Shown here: in pieces, positions 30,495 to 40,699 of the stretch
How the letters are laid out: each line of letters begins with the position of its first letter
How positions within the stretch are numbered: the first letter of the stretch is position 1
Source: an uncultured Acidobacteriota bacterium
GTDB lineage: Bacteria > Acidobacteriota > UBA6911
Assembly: GCA_963827655.1 (NCBI GenBank)
Contig: CAWHCF010000047.1
Coordinates: 1-64,000, forward strand
DNA length: 64,000 nucleotides
Direction: 5' to 3'
The notes under the pieces: model-generated
What the model was told of the DNA's origin: nothing
The model's database searches: none
The model's input: the letters and a program-made list of their open reading frames with translations, nothing else
Translations under genes and position numbers: made by a program

Positions 30495-32252
30495 TTACCA
30501 ATCGCGCCCTCCGGCTTTGCGGCGGTTGCGCCGCTCCGAGAGTTTCCGTCGTTCCGCCAGTTCCTGGTTTTGAAGCGCATCGAGAATCTGCAATGCGCGC
30601 TCCTTGGTCAGAGACCCATCCCGGTTATTCGCCTGGGCAGCCTGCGGGTCGGCCGGCTGCTGGGGAGCCTGAGGGGGCGCCGAATCCTGGCTCTGCGGCT
30701 GCTGGTCTTTGGATCCCTGGTCCTTGGGCTGATTGGAATCCTGCTCCTTGTTCTGCTTCTGGCCCTGACCACGCTGCTTTTGCTGTTGTTCCTGCATCTT
30801 CTTCAGCGCCAGTTCCAGGTTGTGCTTTGCCTCGCGATCGGCCGGATTGAGCCGCAGAGATTGAATATAGGCCTGGGCCGAATCGCCGAAATTTCCGTTT
30901 TCAAAAAGCGCGTTACCCGCGTTGAACCAGCCCGCTGCCTGGAGTCCCTTGTCTCCCTTCGACGTAACCTGTCGAAGCGACTGAAGCGCCTGCTCGTACT
31001 TCTTCTGCCGGATGAAAGTATTGCCGACGTTGTAGAGCAACTCCGGGCGATCCCGCTCTTGCGCTTGTGCTTCGAGATAGGCTTTGAGCGCCTCTTCGTA
31101 CTTGCCTTCAGCGAAGTGACGATTCCCCTCCTTGTTCTTTGATCCTGCGGACGCGGCCTCAACCACATCCGCCCCGGCAAGCAGCACAAACCCAAAGGTG
31201 ATCACGATCAGCGGTCTGGTTATCTTCATGGCGGCTACGCGGCTTTTAGAATCGCGTCCCCGGCGCTCGCTCATCCACAACTCGGCGATCAAAAACGCGA
31301 TCGCCATGGCCAACGGATATTGAAAGCGATCTTCGAAATTCTGATACAGTCTTGATTCGAGTTCCTTCTTCTCCTGTTTGGAGATCTCGTCATAGATCGC
31401 GTCCAGTTCGCTCTCGGAAGCGCTGGCTCGAAAGTAGCGGCCACCGGTATTCACTGCAATCTGGGCCAGGGCCCGCTCGTCCAGACGGCTGACCACGATC
31501 TGGCCACCGTCGTCCTTGCGATATTCTACTACATCGCCTTTTTCGTCCCGAATGGGGATCGGCTTGCCTTCCGGAGTCCCAATCCCCACCGTGTAAATGA
31601 TGACCCCGTCGGCCCTGGCCTTTTCCACCGCGGCCTCTACGTCTCCTTCCAGGTCCTCGCCGTCCGTGAACAGGGTCAGGATTTTGTATTTTCGTTCCGT
31701 CGCGCTGAAGGCCGAGGTGGCCGTTTGAATAGCCGGAGCGATCGCCGTTCCAGGGTCGGGAATGACGCCGGTATCCAGTCCATCCAGGAAAAGATTCGCC
31801 GCGCCATAATCCAGGGTCAGAGGGCAATACAAGATCGCCGTGCCGGCAAAGGCTACCAGCCCCACACGGTCACCTCTCAGCCTGGCGATCAAGGACCGGA
31901 TTTCTCGCTTGGCTTTTTCCAGACGCGACGGAGCGATGTCCTCCGTATTCATGCTGTAGGATGTGTCCAACGCGATTACGAGGTCCAGACCCATCCGCCG
32001 AACGGTTTCCAACCGGGTTCCCCACTGAGGCCGCGCCAGCGCCAGAACGCTGCTTGTGAAAAATCCGCAAAGAAGCAAGGCTCGCAAGACCGCTTTTGTG
32101 CGGCTGAACCCCATGGTCAGCGGCGCGACCAGAGCCCGTCCAACGAGAAGTTCCAGCCTCTTTCGCTTTTGGCGAAAGGACCACGCGAAGAAAACCGCCA
32201 ACACGGGAAGACCCCAGAGCAGATTCAGATACTCGGATCGAGCAAAATGCAT
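30495..32252 (-). CDS. batB: BatB-BatC fusion (VWA + TPR + Q-rich tail)
   Basis: ALARPQWG, MIDAS DTSYS, TDGE, TPRs and terminal DW. The start is trimmed to MHFARSEY because the upstream extension is repeat-derived. Confidence 0.85.
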   Translation of the reverse strand: MHFARSEYLNLLWGLPVLAVFFAWSFRQKRKRLELLVGRALVAPLTMGFSRTKAVLRALLLCGFFTSSVLALARPQWGTRLETVRRMGLDLVIALDTSYSMNTEDIAPSRLEKAKREIRSLIARLRGDRVGLVAFAGTAILYCPLTLDYGAANLFLDGLDTGVIPDPGTAIAPAIQTATSAFSATERKYKILTLFTDGEDLEGDVEAAVEKARADGVIIYTVGIGTPEGKPIPIRDEKGDVVEYRKDDGGQIVVSRLDERALAQIAVNTGGRYFRASASESELDAIYDEISKQEKKELESRLYQNFEDRFQYPLAMAIAFLIAELWMSERRGRDSKSRVAAMKITRPLIVITFGFVLLAGADVVEAASAGSKNKEGNRHFAEGKYEEALKAYLEAQAQERDRPELLYNVGNTFIRQKKYEQALQSLRQVTSKGDKGLQAAGWFNAGNALFENGNFGDSAQAYIQSLRLNPADREAKHNLELALKKMQEQQQKQRGQGQKQNKEQDSNQPKDQGSKDQQPQSQDSAPPQAPQQPADPQAAQANNRDGSLTKERALQILDALQNQELAERRKLSERRNRRKAGGRDW

Positions 32253-32253
32253 A

Positions 32254-32414
32254 ACGATTGACGATTGACGATTGACGATTGACGATTTATTGACGATTGA
32301 CGATTTAAATCGACTCATAGTTCCAATCGATCTATAGAATGTGCATAACACGATTGACGATTGACGATTTAAGTCGACGCCCAATCGTCAATCGTAAATC
32401 GTCAATCGTCAATC
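32254..32414. repeat. Heptamer (ATTGACG/CGTCAAT) arrays in inverted arrangement
   Basis: Two ACGATTG runs followed by an inverted CAATCGT run, filling the batA-batB gap. Confidence 0.92.
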
Positions 32415-33410
32415 CTACGGGATCTTCCGGAAACGCGTGAAGCCCGCAAGAGTCCCGATCAACGCCAGGCCGAAGCCAGGAAAGAGAAATTCAGCGAATC
32501 TTTCGTTATAGTGCGTGTACGTCTTGACTTCGATTTTCGTCTTTTCTAGCCGGCCGATCTCGCTGAATATTTTCTCGAGCGAAGGCCGGTCGGTCGCGCG
32601 GTAGTAAGTTCCGCCGGTTATTTCCGCGATCTTCGAGAGACTCTCCTCGTCAATCTCCACCGGAAGGTTCACGTACACTTGCCCGTAGTTGGGATCCTTC
32701 ACCGGAAATCTCGCGGTTCCGCGGCTGCCGACTCCGACGCTGTAGATCTTTATCCCCAGGGATTGGGCAATTTTGGCGGCGTCGAAAGGTTGCACTTCAC
32801 CGCGGTTGTTTACCCCGTCGGTGACCAGAATTACCAGGCGGCTTTTCGCCTTGCTGTCGCGCAGCCGGTTCAGACAGCTGGCAAGCGCATTGCCGATGGC
32901 CGTCCCATCCTCAATGGTCCCCAGCTGGATACTGTCTACCACATTGAGCAAAGCACCGTAGTCCAGGGTCAGTGGGCAGCGGGTGAATGCCTTTCCGGCA
33001 AAAACCACCAATCCGACCCGGTCGTGCCGCAGGCCGCCAATGAATTGACTCACGACGTTCTTGGCCACCGTGAACCGATTGCGAGGAGCAAAGTCCTCTG
33101 CCGCCATGCTCCCGGACGCATCGAGTGCCACTATGATGTCGACCCCCTCGGTCAGGATTTCCTCTTCCTCGACTCCCTGCTGGGGTCGCGCAAAGGCGAT
33201 CACCCCCAGCGACAAGGCGAGCAACCTGAGACCAAAGAGAACGTGCATCGCGCGTACCGTCCATGGTGGCCGCGCTCCCTCGAGCAGGATGGTGGATGCG
33301 AAACGCAGGCTCCCTTCGCCCTCTTTCATCCGCTGCAGATGTCGCCACACTAATAAAGGGATGAGGAGCAGGAAAAGCAGGAACCAGGGATGGGCAAACT
33401 GTAACATCAT
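32415..33410 (-). CDS. batA: BatA-like VWA domain protein
   Basis: ARPQ, DASGSM, DRVGLVVF, GTAIG and TDGVNN. Confidence 0.9.
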   Translation of the reverse strand: MMLQFAHPWFLLFLLLIPLLVWRHLQRMKEGEGSLRFASTILLEGARPPWTVRAMHVLFGLRLLALSLGVIAFARPQQGVEEEEILTEGVDIIVALDASGSMAAEDFAPRNRFTVAKNVVSQFIGGLRHDRVGLVVFAGKAFTRCPLTLDYGALLNVVDSIQLGTIEDGTAIGNALASCLNRLRDSKAKSRLVILVTDGVNNRGEVQPFDAAKIAQSLGIKIYSVGVGSRGTARFPVKDPNYGQVYVNLPVEIDEESLSKIAEITGGTYYRATDRPSLEKIFSEIGRLEKTKIEVKTYTHYNERFAEFLFPGFGLALIGTLAGFTRFRKIP

Positions 33411-34399
33411 GGAACTCCGGCTAAGGGTTCCGCAGCTGGAGCGGCCGGTAAAGCCCGGCTTCTCTTGCAGGCATCCAGGATCTGGAAGGCGTCCTTGACC
33501 GCATTTTCGGTCTCGGTCTTCGAGGGCACGTACTTGGCAAATTTTACCAGATCACAATGGATCAGCAGCGATTCGATGGAGTCAAGATCTTGGGTTGATG
33601 CCCCGGCGCGCTGCTCGCGTAAATTCTCCATCACTTCGGGTGTCGTTTTCTCCAGAGTATGGATGCCGTAGCCAGATTCGAGAATCTTCTTCACTATGTC
33701 GGACAGGGCCACGTAGAATTGCTTCACAAACCCATTCTCCAGCCACCGTCGAGCAAGCAGGTCATGCAGATCCGCTTCGGCAGAAGCAAGCGGATCAACG
33801 AGAAGCTGTTCCGGAACCGGGAGAGCCGGCCGCCGGCGCCGTTGCCACCACCACCAGACTCCCGCAGCTACAGCGAGCAGGACCAACAGGACTGCCAGCC
33901 AGAGAATCCAGTTCACCGGGTCCGGAATCTCGGCTTGCTTTTTTAGATCCTTGAGATTCTGCTCCTTCTCGCTCAGGACGCTCTGGATGTGAATTTTGAG
34001 CGACTGCGTGGCCGCGACCGTTTCTTTTCCCTCCGGGCTGCGCAGGCTCAACTGCAGCGGAGGAAACTCGAACTCGCCGACCTTGTACAGCGCCACCGTG
34101 GCTCTTTTCCGGTGGCGAATACGTCCATCGGCTGGCGGTTTTTCTTTTTTATTCTCCCCTTCAGATACGGTCACATCGGCAAAGGGTTCGAGAATTGTGA
34201 ACTCGGCGGTCGGGCTCTCGAGCATGGGAAGACGAAACTGGTAGCTCTGCGGCAAGGTGAGCTCCAGGTCGATGCGAATAGGATCCCCGACCAAGGCCTT
34301 CCGCGGTTGAGCCTCGATTTTGATCTCTACACCGGGCGGGAGTTGTGGCGACTGGAGCAGCCACAAGAACGCAGAGACGCAAAGAAATGAAGTACCCAC
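33407..34399 (-). CDS. Bat-operon membrane protein
   Basis: Single TM segment, EKTT.E and DLVKFAK; usual position between DUF58 and batA. GTG start assumed. Confidence 0.8.
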   Translation of the reverse strand: MGTSFLCVSAFLWLLQSPQLPPGVEIKIEAQPRKALVGDPIRIDLELTLPQSYQFRLPMLESPTAEFTILEPFADVTVSEGENKKEKPPADGRIRHRKRATVALYKVGEFEFPPLQLSLRSPEGKETVAATQSLKIHIQSVLSEKEQNLKDLKKQAEIPDPVNWILWLAVLLVLLAVAAGVWWWWQRRRRPALPVPEQLLVDPLASAEADLHDLLARRWLENGFVKQFYVALSDIVKKILESGYGIHTLEKTTPEVMENLREQRAGASTQDLDSIESLLIHCDLVKFAKYVPSKTETENAVKDAFQILDACKRSRALPAAPAAEPLAGVP

Positions 34400-34400
34400 G

Positions 34401-35279
34401 CTACCTCGAGCGCCGCGCTCGTTCCTCGAAAAACCGGACCAGCGGGACATCATAGGGCTGAGCGGTATCAATCATGACGCTGTCAATCTGGTGCGATCGA
34501 AACAGCTTTTGCTGTTTGGCGCGATTCCGCTCCCAGTTGTGCCGGTAAGCCGCCCGCACGTAAGGAAGTGAAGTGTCCACGCAGCTAATCTCCCCGGTCT
34601 CGGCATCGCGAATCTCTATGATTCCCACATCGGGCAGCTCTTGTTCCCGTGGGTCAACGATCTGAATGATCACGACATCATGCCTCCGGTTGGCTACCTT
34701 CAGCGCCTGCTCATACCCTTGATCGAGCAGATCGGAAATCAGGAAGACAACCGCCTGCTTGCGCAGTACGAGGTTCAGGTGCTCCAGGGCGCTCTGTATC
34801 CGAGTTCCGGGATGTTCCGGCTGATAGACAAGCAATTCCCGAATTACACGGAGAACGTGCGTAGCCCCCCGTCGCGGAGGTATGAATTTTTCCACCTGAT
34901 CGGTGAAGAGAATGGCTCCCACGCGATCATTGTTTTTTATGGCCGAGAAAGCCAGCAGAGCGGAAATCTCGGCCGCGATCTCGGCTTTCATCTTGCCGCT
35001 CGATCCGAAAAGGCCTGATGCGCTGGCGTCAACCAGGAGCATTACAGTCAACTCTCGTTCTTCGACGTAACGCTTCACGAAAGGATGCCCCATCCGTGAG
35101 GTCACGTTCCAGTCGATTGTTCGAACATCATCGCCGTGCTGATACTCTCGAACCTCTTCGAATTCCATCCCGCGTCCCTTAAAGACCGAATGGTATTCTC
35201 CGGCGAGAGATTCATTGACCAACCGGTTGGTTGTAATCTCAATGCGCCGGATCTTCCGGATAATCTCCCCGGGCAGCAT
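34401..35279 (-). CDS. DUF58 family protein
   Basis: GRGMEFEEVREY..GDD.R.IDW, EERE and DASAS. Confidence 0.93.
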   Translation of the reverse strand: MLPGEIIRKIRRIEITTNRLVNESLAGEYHSVFKGRGMEFEEVREYQHGDDVRTIDWNVTSRMGHPFVKRYVEERELTVMLLVDASASGLFGSSGKMKAEIAAEISALLAFSAIKNNDRVGAILFTDQVEKFIPPRRGATHVLRVIRELLVYQPEHPGTRIQSALEHLNLVLRKQAVVFLISDLLDQGYEQALKVANRRHDVVIIQIVDPREQELPDVGIIEIRDAETGEISCVDTSLPYVRAAYRHNWERNRAKQQKLFRSHQIDSVMIDTAQPYDVPLVRFFEERARRSR

Positions 35280-35330
35280 CTAGCACCAGCCTGTGACGAT
35301 GTTAGCTTGGCGTCCTAGCGGTTGATTTTT

Positions 35331-36323
35331 CTACGGAACCTGCACGGCGTCGAAGATTCGGCTGATCACCGACTCTGTGGTAACTTCTTCGGCTTCCGCT
35401 TCGTAAGTCAATATGATTCGATGTCTGAGGACGTCGAGACCAATGGCTTTGACATCTTCAGGAGTCACGTAGCCACGTCCCTTGACGAAAGCGTGCGCGC
35501 GCGATCCCTGCGCCAGGTAGATGGTGGCCCGGGGCGACGCTCCGAACTGGATCAAGCCTTTCAGATCCAGTTTGAAGTCCTCGGGCTTGCGGGTGGCGAA
35601 GACCAGCTGCACGATGTAATCCTTGATCCGCTCGTCGATGTAGACGTCCTTGACCACCTCTCGCACGCGAAGAATTTCGAGCGGCGTCACTATTTTATTC
35701 ACGATCACGGGATCATCGCGTGACATGAGATCAAGGATCTGTCGTTCTTCCTTGATGTCAGGGTAATCAATCTTGAGCTTGAGCATGAATCGGTCGATCT
35801 GAGCCTCCGGCAGAGGATAGGTCCCCTCTTGCTCAATCGGATTCTGCGTGGCGAGCACGACGAATGGTTCCTCGAGCGGATAGGTGCTGTCGCCGATCGT
35901 GACCTGGCGCTCCTGCATGGCTTCGAGTAATGCGCTCTGGACCTTGGCCGGCGCCCGATTAATCTCGTCCGCCAGGATGACGTTGGCGAAGATGGGTCCC
36001 TTCCTGGGCGAAAACGTCCCGTCTTTCTGGTTAAAGATCATGGTGCCGATGAGGTCGGCAGGAAGGAGATCGGGCGTGAATTGAATACGCTGGAACCTTG
36101 TGTCTACGGCAGCAGCGAGCGTTTTGACCGCGAGCGTCTTGGCCAGTCCCGGAACGCCTTCGAGCAGGATGTGGCCTCGCGAAAGCAGCCCGATGAGGAG
36201 CCGCTCCACCATGTACTTCTGTCCCACGATGACTCGATGGACCTCACTAATGAGCCGCTCGACAAAAATACCTTCGTCTCTGACCTTCTGGTTTATTTCC
36301 TGAATGTGGGCGGCAAGCTCCAT
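35331..36323 (-). CDS. moxR: MoxR family AAA+ ATPase
   Basis: GVPGLAKT, FTPDLLP, DEINRAPAK and ATQNPIE. Confidence 0.95.
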   Translation of the reverse strand: MELAAHIQEINQKVRDEGIFVERLISEVHRVIVGQKYMVERLLIGLLSRGHILLEGVPGLAKTLAVKTLAAAVDTRFQRIQFTPDLLPADLIGTMIFNQKDGTFSPRKGPIFANVILADEINRAPAKVQSALLEAMQERQVTIGDSTYPLEEPFVVLATQNPIEQEGTYPLPEAQIDRFMLKLKIDYPDIKEERQILDLMSRDDPVIVNKIVTPLEILRVREVVKDVYIDERIKDYIVQLVFATRKPEDFKLDLKGLIQFGASPRATIYLAQGSRAHAFVKGRGYVTPEDVKAIGLDVLRHRIILTYEAEAEEVTTESVISRIFDAVQVP

Positions 36324-36365
36324 ACGCCTTCTCTTTGTCTAAATGTGGGTGTAAAGCCGCGAATT

Positions 36366-36731
36366 CTATTTCGGTTCCAGCGGATACCCGGCTTCTTTCC
36401 AGGCATTGAATCCCCCGTAGAGGGGATGAGCGTTCCTGAAGCCACGAGCTGCGAGTTCCTCCGCCACACGGGCGCTCGATACCTCATGCGGTCCGGCGCA
36501 GTAGATGACAATCGGCTGATCCTGCGGAAGCTCCCGAACATATTTTTCGACCTGGTCGGGAGGCAAGCGAATGGCGCCGGGAAGCTTGGCGTCCGATTCC
36601 TCCCAGGCCTGGGCGCTGCGCGCGTCCACAAAAACCAGAGGCTCGTCCCGATCCAGCCTTCCCTTCGCATCATCGACCGTGATCTTGGTAGGCTCGGTAA
36701 AATCCGTCTTGTCGTGTTGCATGGTTTTCAT
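36366..36731 (-). CDS. Rhodanese-like domain protein
   Basis: VDAR, LPGA, IVIYC and L.GGF.AW. Confidence 0.85.
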   Translation of the reverse strand: MKTMQHDKTDFTEPTKITVDDAKGRLDRDEPLVFVDARSAQAWEESDAKLPGAIRLPPDQVEKYVRELPQDQPIVIYCAGPHEVSSARVAEELAARGFRNAHPLYGGFNAWKEAGYPLEPK

Positions 36732-36934
36732 CTCACCGAAAAGTATAGCGCCCCGGAGGGCAATCGGCATTATTGGACACACTTCCTTCGGATTTTTTCA
36801 AAGAATTTTTGCCTGGCAGTACGGCAGCAGGAAAAAGACCAACCTCTAAGACGCAAAGACTCGAAGAAACGCGAAAGGGATACGCCGATCACTGATGGAC
36901 TGGTTCAAGGTCGCGAACCCTGGGCAGCACCTCT

Positions 36935-37040
36935 TGCTCGTAGAATCGCAGACACCATGGTTCCGAGGCCCATCCGCTCTGTGGCCTGCGCTATAGCGCC
37001 AATCACATTCCAGCCAAAGGGACTATGACCCTGACGGTCT
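36935..37040 (-). pseudogene. F420-dependent LLM-class oxidoreductase remnant
   Basis: DRQGHSPFGWNVIGAIAQATERMGLGT matches the N-terminal QGHSPF.W...GAIAQAT motif of this family. Confidence 0.6.
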
Positions 37041-37043
37041 CCA

Positions 37044-38175
37044 TCACATGTTTAATTCAGCGCGCGCTTGAAGGAGCCGAAGGACATGGCTGCGTGAAAT
37101 GACTCCTTCCAGACGATGATCTGTGACGACCGGCAACTGGTTGATATCGTCGCGGCCCATCGACTCCAGAGCGTCGGCGACCGGGGTGCTCCGGATCAAC
37201 CGTGTGTAGCTTGTCGAGCGGGCGCATGATGTCGCCGACCGTCGTGTACGGCCACCTGTTTCGCGGGACTTCCTTAACTTCATGAGGCGTGACGAGACCG
37301 GCTATGTGGCCATTCTCCACGACGAAAAAACAGCGCCGTCCGGTTCGCAGCAGATAGTCGTCTGCGAAGGTCTGGAGGTTAAAGTGACGGTCCACAGTCG
37401 GGCATTCGCGAGTCATGATGTCGCCCACACGAATGCCTCGCAGATCCTCGGCCACTCTGACGCGCGTGTGGCTCTCGCGCGCCGCGACCAGGAGAAACCA
37501 GCCGATAAACGCAAGCCACAGCCCTCCCAGGCCCGCGCCGGTAAAGAAACGAAAGAATCCTGACACGATGAATCCGAACGCGATGAGCTGCCCGACGCGC
37601 GCCGCGATCCGGGTCGCCCGGCTCGGATCTTTGGTATTCCACCAAATGATCGCGCGCAACACACGCCCCCCGTCGAGCGGAAAACCAGGAATCATGTTAA
37701 ATCCAGCCAGCGTGATATTAATGTAGCCGAGCCAGACCGCCATCGCCAGCAGTTGGGTTCCTGGAGCGGCGCCGGGGGACCAGCCAAGCGCCCAGGCAAC
37801 TCCGAGGCACACAACCCCAATCACGGCGCTCGTGATCGGACCAACGATCCCCATCCAAAACTCTGTTTTCGGGTCCGGCGCCTCTCTTTCGATCTGGGCC
37901 ACACCTCCGAGGGCGAACAAAGTTATAGATCGAACCGGTAACCCGCGAGCTCTGGCGACCGCCGCATGAGAAAGCTCATGCACGACAATGGAAGCGAAGA
38001 ACAGGAGCGAAGTCGTTATCGCCAGAACCCAGATGGAGACGCTCCCCCAGTGCGCGTTCGTCGCGCTGAAGTGCCCTGCCAGTGAAAGAGTAATCAGCAG
38101 CGCGATTAGCAGCCAGCTGTAGTGAAGTCCAAGTTTGACTCCGAAGATTCGACCCAGTTTGATTTGTGCTTCCAT
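37044..38175 (-). CDS. Site-2 protease (M50) with CBS pair; 1-nt insertion near 37192
   Basis: [17 protein letters not shown] and CBS repeats. The second CBS continues in another frame ([16 protein letters not shown]). Confidence 0.88.
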
Positions 38176-38233
38176 AGTTCTTTCCCTTCGTCACGCCCGT
38201 AGGAGAGCAAATTGCAGACCAAGCTGAGCAAGT

Positions 38234-38306
38234 GTTCGTGTCTTCGCAGTTAGCGCCCGGCAGAACAAATACCGCAAAGACCCAAGACGCCAGGAAACAC
38301 CAAGAA
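38234..38306. repeat. Octamer-periodic (CACGAAGA-like) REP-type inverted pair
   Basis: Homologous to the reverse complement of 51479-51545, including the loop. Confidence 0.75.
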
Positions 38307-38415
38307 TCGTGGGATCACCCCGCTGTGCCGGGAAGAATTCCTCGATTCCTCTAGTCGTTCTCGTCGACGAGTTCGGATAACACCCGTATGGAACCAATTA
38401 GCGGCCTACGTCCGT

Positions 38416-38431
38416 TGGCACGGATTCTGCG
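38416..38431 (+). promoter_or_regulatory. Sigma54 promoter upstream of degP-hsp20-PRTase
   Basis: TGGCACGGATTCTGCG fits GG-N10-GC. Confidence 0.7.
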
Positions 38432-38499
38432 TGATTGGTCTTGTTGGGTCTTCCGGTTGACCTTCGACGGGGCGTCGAATCTCAAAGAGGGTAAACACC

Positions 38500-40017
38500 A
38501 TGGATGCGAGATCAAACACTCTAAATGCGGATATCACAATGCATTCGCCATCGAAAATGAAGGTCGGGGTGGGACTTGGAATCCTGGTGTTGGCGCTGGC
38601 TGCCCTGGCCGTAGAGATGAAGTTCGACACGGTACGAAATCTCGTTTCGGGTCCGGCACCTGGTTCCACTTCGCCGCCCCAGCCTGAAAGAACATCCGGA
38701 AAGCCGGCGCTGGTCGATCTGAGCAAGGGTTTCGCAGCGGTGTCGAAGCAAGTCGAAGGCGCCGTCGTTAACGTCAGTTCGGAACAGGTGGTCCAGACCT
38801 CTCCGCAGGAAGACATGTTTCGGCGATTCTTCGGGGATCAAGGTCCTTTTGGCAACGTTCCCAGAAACCGGAGGGAGAACAGTCTTGGTTCGGGCGTTAT
38901 CGTCGACGCCGCGGGTTATGTCCTGACTAATAACCACGTGGTCGATCGCGGGAGCAGGATCAAAGTAAAGCTGCACGACGGAAGGCAGATAAGCGCCACC
39001 GTGGTCGGGAAAGATGCGGCGACTGACCTGGCGGTGTTGAAGATTGACGCCTCCAATCTCCACGCCCTTCGCCTGGGTGATTCCAGCAAAGTAGAAGTCG
39101 GCGATTGGGTCCTGGCATTCGGGAGCCCATTTGGCCTGGAGAAAACAATGACGGCGGGAATCGTGAGCGCGAAGGGGCGTGTCATCGGAGCGAGCGCCTA
39201 CGACGATTTCCTTCAAACGGATGCTGCGATTAACCCCGGCAACAGCGGCGGACCGTTAGTGAATCTGGCCGGCGAAGTGGTCGGCATCAACACGGTTATT
39301 TTCAGCCGGAGCGGCGGCTTCGAAGGGGTTGGCTTCGCCATTCCTTCCGACCTGGCCCAAAGTGTTTACGGGCAGCTGGCGAAGAGCGGCAAGGTTACCC
39401 GCGGATGGCTTGGCGTGGACGTCCAGGAACTGACTCCTGAACTGGCGAAGAGTTTCAATCTGCGGGAGAAGAAGGGTGTGCTGGTATCCGAGGTTGAGCC
39501 CGGCAGTCCGGCCGCCAAAGCGGGAGTCAAGTCCGGCGACATCCTTCTCGAATACAACGGCAGGCCCGTCAATAGCTACAAGGATTTGTCCCTTGCGGTC
39601 GCCGAAAGCAAAGTCGGCGTTTCTTCGAAACTGAAGCTGCTGCGGCAGGGCCAGGAGGTCGCGCTGGATGTGAAGGTCGGGGAGCGTCCGGAACAGCGAA
39701 GCGAAGCTTCCGTGCCGCCGGCATCCGAGGAGCAAGGAAGGCTTGGGGTCACGGTCGCAGATATCACGCCGGAAGTAGCGCGCCAGTTAGGCGTCTCGAG
39801 CACCGAAGGCGCCCTGGTGATGGAAGTGCGGCCAGGAACTCCGGCGGATGAAGGAGGTGTCCGCCCCGGGGATGTCATCCGCGAGATCAATCGAAATCCG
39901 GTAAAGGGCGCGGGAGAATTGGTCAGCGCCGCACGGAATCTGAAGCGTGGGAGCACCGTGATGCTGAAGCTCGAACGTGAAGGCAGAGCACGGTTCGTAG
40001 CTTTTGAGGTCTCATAA
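38500..40017 (+). CDS. degP: Do/DegQ family serine endoprotease with two PDZ domains
   Basis: TNNHVV, DLAVLK, QTDAAINPGNSGG and two PDZ domains. Confidence 0.93.
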   Translation: MDARSNTLNADITMHSPSKMKVGVGLGILVLALAALAVEMKFDTVRNLVSGPAPGSTSPPQPERTSGKPALVDLSKGFAAVSKQVEGAVVNVSSEQVVQTSPQEDMFRRFFGDQGPFGNVPRNRRENSLGSGVIVDAAGYVLTNNHVVDRGSRIKVKLHDGRQISATVVGKDAATDLAVLKIDASNLHALRLGDSSKVEVGDWVLAFGSPFGLEKTMTAGIVSAKGRVIGASAYDDFLQTDAAINPGNSGGPLVNLAGEVVGINTVIFSRSGGFEGVGFAIPSDLAQSVYGQLAKSGKVTRGWLGVDVQELTPELAKSFNLREKKGVLVSEVEPGSPAAKAGVKSGDILLEYNGRPVNSYKDLSLAVAESKVGVSSKLKLLRQGQEVALDVKVGERPEQRSEASVPPASEEQGRLGVTVADITPEVARQLGVSSTEGALVMEVRPGTPADEGGVRPGDVIREINRNPVKGAGELVSAARNLKRGSTVMLKLEREGRARFVAFEVS

Positions 40018-40093
40018 AGCCACTCGCCCTCGCGTCTCTGCCCCGCACCTCCCTCCACAGGCGCGAAGGCGAAGTAAAAGAAAGGAGAAAGCA

Positions 40094-40699
40094 ATGTCTA
40101 AGACAAAGTCAACGCCGGAAGCAACTTCACAGCAAAGATCCGACGAAGAGGGGATCGAGCGCAGAAATCCCTACGGTTTGTCGCAATCGGACTGGAGTCC
40201 ATTCTCTTTCATGCGGCGTTTTTCTGAAGAAATGGACCGGATCTTCGAGGACTTCGGCTACGGTCGAAGCCGGCCCAGTCTCTGGAGCTCGGGTTTCGGC
40301 GGTGGCCTCACGCCGCGCAGCGAATTCGGGCGGACTATCTGGTCGCCGCAGATTGAGATGTTCGAGCGAGGCAACCAGCTTGTGGTTCGTGCCGACCTGC
40401 CCGGCTTGAAAAAGGATGATATCAAGCTCGAGGTGGCCGATAACTGTTTAACGGTCGAGGGGGAGCGGCGCTACGAGCAAGAAGAGAAGCAAGAGAATCG
40501 CTACCATAGCGAACGCAGCTATGGACGCTTCTATCGTTGCATCGAGCTGCCCAAAGGAGTCGACCCGGGTAGCGTTAACGCCACGTTCCACGATGGAGTG
40601 CTCGAAGTGACTATGCCCAAGCCCCCGAGCGAGTCTTCGGGCGGGCGCAGGATTGAGATTCAGGAGAGCGCCGCTTCCAAGACTGCCGAGAAGAAATGA
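40094..40699 (+). CDS. Hsp20/alpha-crystallin small heat-shock protein
   Basis: ADLPG, ERSYGRFYR and A.FHDGVL; AAGGAG RBS before ATG 40094. Confidence 0.93.
   Translation: MSKTKSTPEATSQQRSDEEGIERRNPYGLSQSDWSPFSFMRRFSEEMDRIFEDFGYGRSRPSLWSSGFGGGLTPRSEFGRTIWSPQIEMFERGNQLVVRADLPGLKKDDIKLEVADNCLTVEGERRYEQEEKQENRYHSERSYGRFYRCIELPKGVDPGSVNATFHDGVLEVTMPKPPSESSGGRRIEIQESAASKTAEKK

Noticed and set aside
32253-32384. N-terminal extension of the BatB ORF (SSIVNRQ repeats)
   Set aside because: It is the open strand of the heptamer array; family-like sequence starts at MHFARSEY.
32254-32414. CRISPR array
   Set aside because: Units are 7 nt and contiguous, with no unique regular spacers and no cas genes.
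27862-36323. moxR-DUF58-bat operon as a novel system
   Set aside because: It is a well-known, widespread operon in standard gene order.
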